Source: Candidatus Fraserbacteria bacterium (GTDB lineage: Bacteria; Bipolaricaulota; Bipolaricaulia; RBG-16-55-9). From it: DNA of 15,279 nt. How positions within the stretch are numbered: position 1 is the first letter of the stretch; the number at the start of each line of letters is the position of its first letter. The notes below the pieces were generated by a model that was not told the DNA's origin, searched no databases, and saw only the letters and a program-made list of their open reading frames with translations. The translations under genes and the position numbers were made by a program. Below, piece after piece: positions 15,276 to 15,279 of the stretch. The stretch spans positions 1 through 15,279 of the forward strand of contig JBBIPG010000056.1 of assembly GCA_037442925.1 (NCBI GenBank), given 5' to 3'.

Positions 15276-15279
15276 CGGT

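Noticed and set aside
1..15279. Window as a plasmid, prophage or transposon
   Set aside because: No replication, integrase, transposase or virion genes were recognised; the content is chromosomal housekeeping.

Overview
Bacterial chromosomal segment of mostly housekeeping genes, with the core region GC-richer than the first ~1.4 kb. Both ends carry the same (CTTAC)n-CGGT pentamer tandem repeat: 5 visible copies at the left edge and 10 at the right. The first and last 29 nt are identical. At the right end the repeat starts inside the -10 box of a near-consensus sigma70 promoter (TTGACA-17-TACACT, with extended TG) whose spacer holds a palindrome. At the left end the repeat sits ~25 nt before a strong Shine-Dalgarno and a Tat-lipoprotein gene. 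That protein ends in a Cys-containing hydrophobic peptide (halocin C8-like layout) and is coupled to a small membrane-protein gene. Genes between the two repeats: ispD, a 29-aa membrane microprotein, PIN/TRAM (YacL-like), prmC, a catalytically degenerate ftsE/ftsX-like pair, a guaA-GT4-GT2-AlkP-superfamily operon, hflK/hflC, a sirtuin with a probable C-terminal frameshift, and an M24-fold hydrolase with non-canonical metal ligands. No RNA genes, CRISPR array or transposase were recognised. All assignments come from motif recognition by eye; no searches were run.
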